Counted from the stretch's first letter, positions 42,107 to 51,003 are shown. The stretch: 64,000 bases of DNA from Bacteroidales bacterium (GCA_035719105.1 DASTGN010000003.1:70979-134978); one strand, 5' to 3'. Program-made: numbers and translations. The notes: generated by a model not told the origin, from the letters alone.

Positions 42107-43013
42107 ACGTGAAACATTGAAAAGAGTTGTAGTCGATAGCAAAGACTTGGAACATATATCACCCTTATTTAGAGGTAGATATGGTCCATGGATCCTGAAA
42201 AAAGCCATGATCCTCTTTGGAATTGACCGAGTCAATAAACTGTACGGCCGGTCGGCTGATTATCAAGGAGTTGAGTTTACTCATCGTTTATTAGCCGATT
42301 TAGGCATCAAATGGAGCATCGGCAATGCCTTCAGATTGAATCAATTACCAACAGGTGCTTTCATTACAATTTCCAACCATCCCTATGGTGGATTGGATGG
42401 TGTCATGTTGGTGGACTTGATAGCCAGTTTACGACCTAAGTATAAGTTCATGGTCAACAATTTGGTTTATCATGCAGAAGCCATGCAAGAAAACTTCATT
42501 TCTGTCATACCTCAAAGAGGGAATAAACGAATTGATCCCATGCTCGGTTTTCGGGGAATAAAGGAAACGCTGGTTCATTTGAAACAAGGGAATCCCGTTG
42601 GATTTTTTCCCGCAGGCGGCGTATCCTTGTTTCATCTTAAATCCATGAAGGTTTACGATAGGGAATGGCAATCAGGGATTCTGAAAATCATTCAAATAGC
42701 CAACGTTCCGGTCGTTCCGATTCGATTTTTTGATTTGAATTCTCCTTTTTTTTATTTTTTGGGAGTAATCGATTGGCGAATTCGGCAGGTACGAATGTCC
42801 TACGAATTATTCAATAAGAGTAAGAAACCGCACCGAATTGGTATCGGAAAAACCATTCAGCCCGAAGAACTGGCTGGATTGAAAGACTTAAAGGAACTCG
42901 AAAATTATCTAAGAAAGGCTGTATACGAAATGCCCATGCCTGAATCGTTCGTCCCCAGAGCAAATGTGGGCCTTCAATCAATGACTGATAAGGACGTTAC
43001 CAATACTTGCTAA
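42054..43013 (+). CDS. Lysophospholipid acyltransferase family protein (PlsC/OlsA-like)
   Basis: HX4D motif ISNHPYGGLDG and FPAGG motif. The start is uncertain: GTG 42054 overlaps the upstream gene by 53 nt, and TTG 42117 is the alternative. Confidence 0.75.
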   Translation: MGLSLPPYLNVLGKKIPKRETLKRVVVDSKDLEHISPLFRGRYGPWILKKAMILFGIDRVNKLYGRSADYQGVEFTHRLLADLGIKWSIGNAFRLNQLPTGAFITISNHPYGGLDGVMLVDLIASLRPKYKFMVNNLVYHAEAMQENFISVIPQRGNKRIDPMLGFRGIKETLVHLKQGNPVGFFPAGGVSLFHLKSMKVYDREWQSGILKIIQIANVPVVPIRFFDLNSPFFYFLGVIDWRIRQVRMSYELFNKSKKPHRIGIGKTIQPEELAGLKDLKELENYLRKAVYEMPMPESFVPRANVGLQSMTDKDVTNTC

Positions 43014-43393
43014 AGACTTTTCAGGCAATTCTGATAAAAAACCTGAGCCAAGTCCCATGGCCTAAGGATTTCATCATTCCACAACACCAAATCAAGGTCA
43101 ATGGTAACCATACCCTTCGATTCTGTTCCCCTTTTTCTGCCCATTTGATTTTCCATATCTTTTAAAATAAAACGAACCTGATCCATTGGAAATTCCGTAC
43201 TTGCTTGACAAATGGCATTCAAGTAGGGTGATGAACCGGGGACTTCCTTACCTTCTTTGTTGACAGCTTTGCTGCTTAAAATCGATGAAAATCGAATCCC
43301 AGAAGGGAAAATCGTTTTCAAATTTTCCATGGCATGCAGCATGTTTTCTTCCGAATTAATATTGGAAGCAAGTAATAGTTGAAAATGGTTCAT
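43010..43393 (-). CDS. HPPK (FolK)-like protein, short and divergent
   Basis: 127 aa. LLLASNINSEENMLHAMENL, SPYLNAICQ, GRKRG and VTIDLDLVLW align by eye with the FolK blocks IGSNL, DYLNA, GRVR and LDLDI. The C-terminal PH..R block is not evident. Confidence 0.45.
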   Translation of the reverse strand: MNHFQLLLASNINSEENMLHAMENLKTIFPSGIRFSSILSSKAVNKEGKEVPGSSPYLNAICQASTEFPMDQVRFILKDMENQMGRKRGTESKGMVTIDLDLVLWNDEILRPWDLAQVFYQNCLKSL

Positions 43394-43478
43394 TCTTGGA
43401 TGTCTTTATGCAAAAATACCGAAAAGGCTTCATTTAATTCGAAAACATGTATCTTTAGTTGTCCAAATTCAACAAAGT

Positions 43479-44888
43479 ATGAAAACGCGTCATTTTTTCC
43501 CATTGCTTATAGGGATGTCGCTGCAAGTTGTTACCCTTTTTGCAGCACCAAAGGCCGAAACTATTAAACCTCGAATTTTACAAGTGAATTTGCGAAAAGA
43601 AGTTAATAGTGTCTCCTGGATGGAAATCCGAAAAGGGTTGGATTATGCTGTTAAACAGGACTTTAATGCTGTGCTGATTAATATGAACACCTATGGAGGA
43701 GAAGTTCTTTACGCCGATTCCATCCGAACAGCCATCTTGAATGCAACCATGCCGATTTACGTATTCATCAACAACAACGCAGCTTCTGCCGGTGCCTTGA
43801 TTTCCATTGCCTGCGACAAGATTTTCATGCGTACATCCGCCACCATTGGTGCTACCACCGTAGTAGACGCTTCTGGGGCAGCTGCTCCCGACAAATACCA
43901 ATCATATATGCGTGGCATCATCCGAGCAACAGCAGAGGCACAGGGTAAGGATACCATTATATCGAAGGGAGATACCAGCATCACCTGGCGTCGTAATCCA
44001 AAAATAGCCGAAGCGATGGTCGATCCGGATATTTACATTGCAGGTATCGTAGACACTGGCAAAGTACTCACTTTCACTGCAAACGAGGCGTTGGCGAACG
44101 GTTTTTGCGATGGCATCTCAGAAAGTGCAAGTGCCCTCTTGACCGAAAATTTAGGCTATAAGGATTACGACTTGGAAGTCTTTCATTTAGGAGGCTGGGA
44201 TCGTTTGAAAGGGGAACTGATGAGCAACGCCTTTAGGGCCATTCTCATCATGCTCATTATCGGAGGAATTTGGTTCGAGCTTCAGGCACCAGGCATTGGT
44301 TTACCCAGTCTGGTTTCCCTCGTAGCCGCCATCTTTTTCTTTGCACCGCTCTATATGGACGGTTTGGCGCAGTATTGGGAGATCATCGTATTTGTAATAG
44401 GTTTCATCTTGCTATTTATCGAAGTCTTTGTCATTCCCGGATTCGGAATTGCTGGAATAGCGGGAATTTTGGCTATGCTGTTCGGGTTGACTGCAGCTTT
44501 GATTGACAACGCCACTTTTGAATTTAGTTTTGCAGGATTCAACAGCGTTGCTGGCCCCTTGTTGCTGGTTTCTCTGAGCATTACCACAGCCGTATTGTTA
44601 AGTTTGTGGATAACGTCAAAAATTGGATCCAAAAACAGCTTGTTACAAAGAGTGGCACTGACTTCGGTACAAAATGTATCGGATGGTTTTGTCGGCATAC
44701 CAGAAGAAATCACCGTGATGGTTGGTAAAATAGGCATTGCAGATACCATGTTGCGTCCTTCGGGCAAGGTTCGAATTGAAGAAAAGATGTACGACGCCAT
44801 GTCTGAATTCGGATACATCGAGAAGGGGGAATCGGTTCAAGTAACGCGTTCCGAATCCGGTCAAATCTATGTTGAAAAGGTTAAATAA
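43479..44888 (+). CDS. NfeD family membrane-bound ClpP-class serine protease (long form)
   Basis: 469 aa with a signal peptide and a ClpP-like domain (NTYGGEVLYADSIR..., NNAASAGALISIACD). It also has 4-5 TM helices and a C-terminal OB-fold NfeD domain. Confidence 0.8.
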   Translation: MKTRHFFPLLIGMSLQVVTLFAAPKAETIKPRILQVNLRKEVNSVSWMEIRKGLDYAVKQDFNAVLINMNTYGGEVLYADSIRTAILNATMPIYVFINNNAASAGALISIACDKIFMRTSATIGATTVVDASGAAAPDKYQSYMRGIIRATAEAQGKDTIISKGDTSITWRRNPKIAEAMVDPDIYIAGIVDTGKVLTFTANEALANGFCDGISESASALLTENLGYKDYDLEVFHLGGWDRLKGELMSNAFRAILIMLIIGGIWFELQAPGIGLPSLVSLVAAIFFFAPLYMDGLAQYWEIIVFVIGFILLFIEVFVIPGFGIAGIAGILAMLFGLTAALIDNATFEFSFAGFNSVAGPLLLVSLSITTAVLLSLWITSKIGSKNSLLQRVALTSVQNVSDGFVGIPEEITVMVGKIGIADTMLRPSGKVRIEEKMYDAMSEFGYIEKGESVQVTRSESGQIYVEKVK

Positions 44889-44889
44889 C

Positions 44890-46002
44890 CTACAAGTTGT
44901 CCTTGATTTTTGTCAGGATGGTTTTCGCTTTTCGGATATTGATTTGTTTGCCGAAACGCTGTAATTCCTCCTCCGACCAATTGGATGTTTTCCCAAACAA
45001 CGACAAACGAAAGGACTCTTGATCGTTTGAAGGTTTCAGATTGAAGGCTGGAGCAAGTCGCCACCCTTCTGAATCAGAAAATAAAAAGCATATTTTTAAG
45101 GAGCCATACGCTTTATCATTTGTCAAAATACTGAATAACAGCCTTTTATACATTTCTTCCATGTCAGGGTAGGGGAGCCGCCATATTCTCATTCTTCGGA
45201 AAATCGCTTCCCAAGAGGGCTCAGAATCATAATAATTAAGGAAGGCTTGTTTTGTGTTGAACGATCGATCAAAACGCTTCACCAATAAATGTTTCCAGTG
45301 CCCGTCACGAAGCATTCGGCATGGAGCAACCTGAATACCACAGGCTTGTGCTTTTTTGTAATAGGCGAACTCTTCGGCTAACTTTTCTGCCGACCCTGTC
45401 CTCACACCATCTAATTTTAAGATCCACCCGTCGTATCCATTGGGATAGAGCCCTTGACCAGACAAAACCTCACCCGTAAAGTCATTTACAGCTACCAGAA
45501 TTTTTGGAGAATTGCCACGGACAAACAATCCGCATCGAAGCAAGTCGCGCAAACGCCTGTCACTCAGTTCCGAACCTTTACCTTGCAAAACAAGACTTGC
45601 AAATCGAACCATCCGATCCAAATCAACCGATTCGACCGCATTCAACTCTGGGTATCCAACTGGTTCAAATCGAAAGGCACCCAAACTGCGATCACCGAAA
45701 ATGGAAAGCCACGAAAGTGAAGATAAACTTTCTACCGTCCGCGATGAATTCCTCAAAGCCTCTCGGAGTAGCGCTTTTGAAAAATTTCCGGGTAAATAAT
45801 CCTTAAAAAGTAGGGGCAGCTCACAACTTGCGTCAAAGGCGATATATCGGCTGTTATGATCAACTTCATATGCTCCCGTCAATTGGTTGAATTGGTTTGA
45901 AAAGGTCTCAAGCCATTCGAACCGACCAATTCCTTCAGCCGTGTCCACATCGAAAATGCCAGCTGGAAGGTTTTTGTAATAAACGTGGATCAATTGATGC
46001 AT
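44890..46002 (-). CDS. HipA-like protein (HipA N-terminal coupling and C-terminal kinase-fold domains) with a degenerate catalytic motif
   Basis: 370 aa. Blocks resemble HipA by eye: WILKLD (HIIKLP in E. coli HipA), LLVKRFDR (LAVERFDR) and WRLAPAFN (YRLTPFYD). The catalytic loop reads TNDKAYGSLK instead of TDGHAKN. Confidence 0.65.
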   Translation of the reverse strand: MHQLIHVYYKNLPAGIFDVDTAEGIGRFEWLETFSNQFNQLTGAYEVDHNSRYIAFDASCELPLLFKDYLPGNFSKALLREALRNSSRTVESLSSLSWLSIFGDRSLGAFRFEPVGYPELNAVESVDLDRMVRFASLVLQGKGSELSDRRLRDLLRCGLFVRGNSPKILVAVNDFTGEVLSGQGLYPNGYDGWILKLDGVRTGSAEKLAEEFAYYKKAQACGIQVAPCRMLRDGHWKHLLVKRFDRSFNTKQAFLNYYDSEPSWEAIFRRMRIWRLPYPDMEEMYKRLLFSILTNDKAYGSLKICFLFSDSEGWRLAPAFNLKPSNDQESFRLSLFGKTSNWSEEELQRFGKQINIRKAKTILTKIKDNL

Positions 46003-46005
46003 GTA

Positions 46006-46314
46006 CTATTTTTTGGATGGTTTCACTCGTTTCCGCTCATTTTGCAGCTTGGCCAACACCGGACTTTGCGAACTGCCTGGCAACATCAAATCCAATTCTT
46101 CCATTAGTTCCAGGCTTCGAAGCAACTGAATCAGACTTAACAGGTTCACCGAACGGCCGTTTTCCAGATCGCGAATGGTGCTTCGGTTTAATCCTGAACG
46201 GTCAGCCAACATTTGCTGGGTTAAGTTCTTATTGATGCGTGCCAAACGCATTCGGGTGCCGAATTCAGCCAAAACTTCCAAATCTGTGAGGGAATACCAG
46301 TTCATCACGATCAT
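46006..46314 (-). CDS. XRE-family helix-turn-helix transcriptional regulator (HipB-like antitoxin candidate)
   Basis: 102 aa with the HTH LTQQMLADRSGLNRSTIRDLENG. Its stop lies 3 nt upstream of the HipA-like start. Confidence 0.8.
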   Translation of the reverse strand: MIVMNWYSLTDLEVLAEFGTRMRLARINKNLTQQMLADRSGLNRSTIRDLENGRSVNLLSLIQLLRSLELMEELDLMLPGSSQSPVLAKLQNERKRVKPSKK

Positions 46315-46330
46315 TTTTTTGTAAATATAC

Positions 46331-46401
46331 TATAATGATTTATAATACCATCATAATAGCACTATTTTAATTATAATGATGGTTAAAACAATCATTATAA
46401 T
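46331..46401. promoter_or_regulatory. Operator-like inverted repeats upstream of the XRE/HipA-like pair
   Basis: A perfect 11-bp inverted repeat: ATTATAATGAT (46370-46380), a 10-nt spacer, then ATCATTATAAT (46391-46401). A second, imperfect pair is TATAATGAT (46331-46339) with ATCATAATA (46350-46358). Confidence 0.55.
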
Positions 46402-46540
46402 AGCCAACAATCAAATTGAATTGACCTGTATATCAACACTTTTGGAATTATTTAATTAGGTTATTTGCAGGATTCCGACTTTTTGACTTTCTTTGCATCC
46501 GTTTTAAGAAAAACAGTGCCAAAACCAAAAAAAGATAGAG

Positions 46541-46801
46541 ATGTCTAAAGTTTGTCAAATTACAGGAAAAAAGGCAATGATCGGTAACAACGTTTCGCAC
46601 TCCAAAAGACGCACGAAACGCACATTCAACGTCAACCTTTTCAAGAAAAAATTCTACTGGGTAGAACAAGATTGTTGGATTTCGCTGACCATTTCAGCTA
46701 ATGGTCTTCGCACCATCAACAAGAACGGCCTCGACCGTGCCATGCGTGACGCCAGCGAAAAAGGGTATTTGAAAGTGGACGATATCCGGGTAATCATTTA
46801 A
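46541..46801 (+). CDS. rpmB: 50S ribosomal protein L28
   Basis: [29 protein letters not shown]... is a canonical L28 sequence. Confidence 0.95.
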   Translation: MSKVCQITGKKAMIGNNVSHSKRRTKRTFNVNLFKKKFYWVEQDCWISLTISANGLRTINKNGLDRAMRDASEKGYLKVDDIRVII

Positions 46802-46819
46802 TTAAAGGAGATCAGAGAA

Positions 46820-47008
46820 ATGGCAAAGAAAGCTAAAGGAAACAGAATCCAGGTGATTCTCGAGTGCACCGAGCACAAGGAAAGCGGTATGCCGGGTACC
46901 TCTCGCTACATCACGACCAAAAACCGTAAGAATACGACCGGTCGTATGGAGTTGAAGAAATACAACCCGATTTTGAAAAAAATGACAGTTCACAAAGAAA
47001 TCAAATAA
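46820..47008 (+). CDS. rpmG: 50S ribosomal protein L33
   Basis: [20 protein letters not shown]...YITTKNRKN is a canonical L33 sequence. Confidence 0.95.
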   Translation: MAKKAKGNRIQVILECTEHKESGMPGTSRYITTKNRKNTTGRMELKKYNPILKKMTVHKEIK

Positions 47009-47016
47009 TATAAGCC

Positions 47017-47175
47017 ATGGCAAAAAAAGCTGTTGCATCGATGCAAAACAAAGGCGAAGGTCGTGCCTACGCCAAGGTGATTAAGATGGTTAAATCTCCG
47101 AAATCCGGAGCTTACACCTTCCAGGAAGAAATCGTACACAACGAAAAAATCAACGATTTTTTCAGCAAGAAATAA
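47017..47175 (+). CDS. DUF4295 family small protein (conserved after rpmB-rpmG in Bacteroidota)
   Basis: Own translation gives MAKKAVASMQNKGEGRAYAKVIKMVKSPKSGAYTFQEEIVHNEKINDFFSKK (52 aa). It falls below the ORF-track length cutoff. Confidence 0.75.
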   Translation: MAKKAVASMQNKGEGRAYAKVIKMVKSPKSGAYTFQEEIVHNEKINDFFSKK

Positions 47176-47194
47176 AAGTGTGTACCACATCATT

Positions 47195-47237
47195 GAAAGA
47201 GGTCAGTATCCTAAGATGCTGGCCTCTTTCGATTTTA
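47195..47237 (+). terminator. Intrinsic terminator after rpmB-rpmG-DUF4295
   Basis: A 12-bp stem pairs gaaagaggtcag (47195-47206) with ctggcctctttc (47219-47230), including one G-U. The sequence gatttta follows. Confidence 0.6.
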
Positions 47238-47300
47238 GCAAGCTTGCCTACTTCAGCAAAATTGCTTATTTTTGCAGCGTTTTGACGTACAACGGTAACC

Positions 47301-48269
47301 ATGGGTATATTCAATCTGTTTTCAAAAGATAAAAAGGAAGAAAAAGCATTGCTGGATCAAGGTTTAGCCAAGACCAAGGAAAGCGTTTTCTCAAAAATAA
47401 GCAGGGCCATCGCTGGCAAATCCAAGGTGGATGACACTGTCCTCGACCAACTGGAAGAAATTCTGATTACATCTGACGTCGGTGTAGATACTACCATCCG
47501 CATTATCGAATGCATCGAAAAACGTATTGCCAAGGATAAATACGTTGATACCAAGGAGCTTAATAATGTCTTACGCGAAGAAATCACGGGTTTGCTCATC
47601 AAACACGATCGCGAAGACGATGACTTGTTCCAGCTACCGAATGAAAAGAAACCCTATGTTATCATGGTGGTCGGCGTCAACGGTGTCGGTAAGACAACGA
47701 CCATCGGTAAGCTGGCCCACCAATTCAAACAGGCTGGCAAATCAGTTTATTTGGGTGCTGCAGACACATTTAGAGCTGCTGCTGTCGAACAGTTGGTCAT
47801 TTGGGGCGAAAGGGCAGGGGTTCCGGTCATCAAACAAGCCATGGGTTCCGACCCTGCGTCAGTAGCCTTCGATACGTTAAAATCAGCCGTCGCAAACAAT
47901 GCCGACGTCGTTTTGATCGATACAGCCGGTCGCTTGCACAATAAAATTGGTTTGATGAACGAACTAACCAAGATTAAGGAAGTGATGAAAAAAGTGGTAC
48001 CGGATGCACCGCATGAAATATTGCTTGTATTAGACGGTTCCACCGGACAAAATGCCTACGAACAAGCCAAACAATTTACCTTGGCTACTGAAGTCAATGC
48101 ACTGGCTATCACCAAATTGGATGGTACTGCCAAAGGTGGTGTCGTGATTGGCATCTCCGACCAATTCCAAATTCCTGTCAAATACATCGGCCTGGGAGAA
48201 GGCATCGACCAACTCCAACTTTTCAATCGTAGAGCCTTTGTTGACTCCCTTTTCAGCGACGAAATTTAA
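47301..48269 (+). CDS. ftsY: Signal recognition particle receptor FtsY
   Basis: 322 aa with NG-domain motifs GVNGVGKTTT, DTAGR and TKLDG. Confidence 0.93.
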   Translation: MGIFNLFSKDKKEEKALLDQGLAKTKESVFSKISRAIAGKSKVDDTVLDQLEEILITSDVGVDTTIRIIECIEKRIAKDKYVDTKELNNVLREEITGLLIKHDREDDDLFQLPNEKKPYVIMVVGVNGVGKTTTIGKLAHQFKQAGKSVYLGAADTFRAAAVEQLVIWGERAGVPVIKQAMGSDPASVAFDTLKSAVANNADVVLIDTAGRLHNKIGLMNELTKIKEVMKKVVPDAPHEILLVLDGSTGQNAYEQAKQFTLATEVNALAITKLDGTAKGGVVIGISDQFQIPVKYIGLGEGIDQLQLFNRRAFVDSLFSDEI

Positions 48270-49577
48270 ATGAAAGCCATACGTCATGTGACCATCGTAA
48301 CGATGGGCTGTTCAAAGAATCTAGTGGATTCCGAACAATTATTACGCCAGTTTGAAGCCATTGGATACGCAGTCGGCCATGATTCCGATGTACCCTCCGG
48401 TGGGATCGTCATTATAAACACTTGCGGATTTATTGGTGATGCCAAGGAGGAATCCATCGATACCATCCTGGAATATGCTGCCGCACGCAAGAAAGGCCGG
48501 ATTAGCAAACTCTATGTAATGGGTTGTCTTTCAGAACGCTATTTATCGGAGCTTGGTAAAGAAATTCCTGAAGTGGATCATTTCTACGGCAAATTCAATT
48601 GGAAAGAAGTCCTTTCCGATCTCGGTGAGGTTTATCGTGACGATTTAAGATTGGAACGACGACTGACAACCCCTTCTCATTATGCCTATGTGAAGATTTC
48701 CGAAGGATGCAGCCGTACGTGTTCCTATTGTGCCATTCCCATCATCACTGGCAAACACGTTTCAAGACCCATGGAGGACATTTTAGAGGAAGTTCGAATG
48801 TTGGTATCCACAGGGGTGAAAGAGGTCCAACTGATTGCTCAGGATCTGTCTTATTACGGCCGTGATAATTATAAAACCCTGAAACTCCCTGAGTTGGTCG
48901 AACGCATCGCGCAAATACCAGGCTTGGAATGGTTGCGCTTACATTATACATACCCTTACGAGTTTCCAATGGACTTGCTCCGGGTCATGCACGAAAATCC
49001 CAATGTTTGCGCCTATCTCGATATGGCCCTCCAACACATCAGTGATCCCATGCTGATTCAGATGCGTCGTAAAATAAACAAAGATGAGACATTAGCCTTG
49101 CTGAAGCAAATCCGTAGGGAAGTCCCGGGTATTCACCTTCGCACAACGTTGATGGTTGGCCATCCGGGTGAAACTGAAGAAGATTTCAAGCAGTTATGTG
49201 ATTTTGTGAAAGAACAGCGTTTTGAACGAATGGGCGCTTTCATTTATTCCGATGAAGAAGGAACCTATGCTGCACGCCATTATGAAGATAGCATTCCTGA
49301 GGACGTCAAACGAGCTCGGTTGGATGAACTCATGTTGATTCAGCAATCCATTTCATCCGAATTCAATAACACCAAAATCGGTCAGGACATGAAGGTTATC
49401 ATCGATCGCGAAGAACCCGATTTTTTTGTTGGAAGAACGGAATTCGATTCGCCGGATGTGGACCCGGAAGTTTTTGTGACCAAAGAGAACCCATTGGAAA
49501 TCGGATCCTACTATCTCGTCAAAATCAATTCCGCAGGTCCTTACGACCTCTTCGGTAGCGTTAAGGCAGTTCTCTAA
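48270..49577 (+). CDS. rimO: Ribosomal protein S12 methylthiotransferase RimO
   Basis: 435 aa with an N-terminal UPF0004 Cys pattern (GCSKN...TCGF), the radical-SAM motif CSRTCSYC and a C-terminal TRAM domain. Confidence 0.88.
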   Translation: MKAIRHVTIVTMGCSKNLVDSEQLLRQFEAIGYAVGHDSDVPSGGIVIINTCGFIGDAKEESIDTILEYAAARKKGRISKLYVMGCLSERYLSELGKEIPEVDHFYGKFNWKEVLSDLGEVYRDDLRLERRLTTPSHYAYVKISEGCSRTCSYCAIPIITGKHVSRPMEDILEEVRMLVSTGVKEVQLIAQDLSYYGRDNYKTLKLPELVERIAQIPGLEWLRLHYTYPYEFPMDLLRVMHENPNVCAYLDMALQHISDPMLIQMRRKINKDETLALLKQIRREVPGIHLRTTLMVGHPGETEEDFKQLCDFVKEQRFERMGAFIYSDEEGTYAARHYEDSIPEDVKRARLDELMLIQQSISSEFNNTKIGQDMKVIIDREEPDFFVGRTEFDSPDVDPEVFVTKENPLEIGSYYLVKINSAGPYDLFGSVKAVL

Positions 49578-49723
49578 ATAATAGGAATTTTTTATCATTC
49601 GCCTGTAGGGCAGGAGTGGGGCGTGTTAATGTATATTAACATTTCCCCATGTTCACTCCAGCACATTCCTTCGTAATTTAGATTCGTTAAAAGATTGATT
49701 TTAACCATCTAAAAATTCAGGTT

Positions 49724-50830
49724 ATGGAAGAAACACTCGTTACAGTTGCCATTCATACCTATGAACGAGCCATTATTCTGAAAGGCATTCTGGAATCCAA
49801 AGGAATTGAAGTTTGTCTTCACAATGTGAATCTAATTCAGCCAGTTGTTTCGGCAGGAGTAAGGGTAAGAATTCGCGAATCCGATCTTCCTGCCGCACTT
49901 GAAATTATTGAACAGGTTGATTTCGAGTGCGATGAAAAATCAATTGAAAAACCACTGCCTCGCACCATTTTAGTACCAGTCGATTTCTCTGAGTACACGT
50001 TGAAAGCAGCCCGTTTGGCGTTCAGCATTGCTAAATCTTTAGATGCCAATATTGTCCTGTTGCATACCTATTACAGTCCATTCTATTCGGGTGGAATGCC
50101 CATCAGCGACGCTTTCGCATTTGATGAACACAGCGATGAAGCCATGAGATCGTTGATGCAAAAAAACGAGGAGGAAATGAACAATGTGGTTAAACAGCTC
50201 CGAATCGAAATGGCATCAGGTTTGTTGCCTGACGTACAGATGGTTACCAAATTCAGAGAGGGTGTTCCCGAAGAACAGATACTGCTTTATGCCAAGAAAC
50301 ACAAGCCGCTTTTACTGATAATGGGTACAAAAGGAGCAAATTCCAGCGGCAGCGATTTATTGGGAAGTGTTACTGCTGAAGTCATAGACCGAGCTCCAGT
50401 GCCTGTTTTTGCATTTCCTGAACAAACACCATTCGACCGATTTGAAGGCATTCGAACCGTTGGTTTTCTGACACGATTTGATCAACGAGACCTGGTAGTT
50501 TTTAATGTTATGATGAAACTTTTGAATTCGCTCAAAATAAAAGTGTATTTTATACACATATCGGAAAATGAAGATCCTTGGGACGAAGTTCAACTAAATG
50601 GGGTCAAGGAATATTTCAAACATCAATATCCGGAACTTCAAACTTCCTATGTTTTATTGGGAAACAAAAAGATTGTTGAAAATCTGAATGAATTTATTCA
50701 GGAACGCAACATTGATATCCTGACTGTGGCTTCCCAAAAAAGAAATTTATTTGCAAGATTATTTAATCCAGGGATTGCTCATAAAATGGTTTTCCATGGA
50801 AATACGCCGCTGTTAGTAATTCGTGGATAG
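49724..50830 (+). CDS. Universal stress protein with tandem Usp domains and a DUF2007-like N-terminal domain
   Basis: 368 aa. A ~70 aa N-terminal module is followed by two UspA-like halves (ILVPVDFSEY... and ...GNTPLLVIRG). Confidence 0.7.
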   Translation: MEETLVTVAIHTYERAIILKGILESKGIEVCLHNVNLIQPVVSAGVRVRIRESDLPAALEIIEQVDFECDEKSIEKPLPRTILVPVDFSEYTLKAARLAFSIAKSLDANIVLLHTYYSPFYSGGMPISDAFAFDEHSDEAMRSLMQKNEEEMNNVVKQLRIEMASGLLPDVQMVTKFREGVPEEQILLYAKKHKPLLLIMGTKGANSSGSDLLGSVTAEVIDRAPVPVFAFPEQTPFDRFEGIRTVGFLTRFDQRDLVVFNVMMKLLNSLKIKVYFIHISENEDPWDEVQLNGVKEYFKHQYPELQTSYVLLGNKKIVENLNEFIQERNIDILTVASQKRNLFARLFNPGIAHKMVFHGNTPLLVIRG

Positions 50831-50955
50831 TCGCAAGAACGATGTCCAGGCTTAATACATTGCATCCAATGCAATCTCAGGCACTATTGGGTTATAATTA
50901 ATATTATGTTGAATAAGAATAATTGAAACGAATTCAAGGTTGTTTAAAATGAAAT

Positions 50956-50979
50956 AGGCTGTCGCATTTGCAACAGCCT
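50956..50979. terminator. Hairpin between the convergent usp and TPR genes (bidirectional terminator candidate)
   Basis: aggctgtcgca (50956-50966) pairs with tgcaacagcct (50969-50979) at 10 of 11 positions. Confidence 0.45.
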
Positions 50980-51003
50980 ACTCTATTTCAAAATTCGATT
51001 AGA

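Noticed and set aside
44890-46540. Possibility that the hipBA-like cassette is part of a mobile element or defence island.
   Set aside because: I could find no integrase, transposase, flanking direct repeats or tRNA-adjacent attachment site around it. I report it only as a stand-alone TA-like module.
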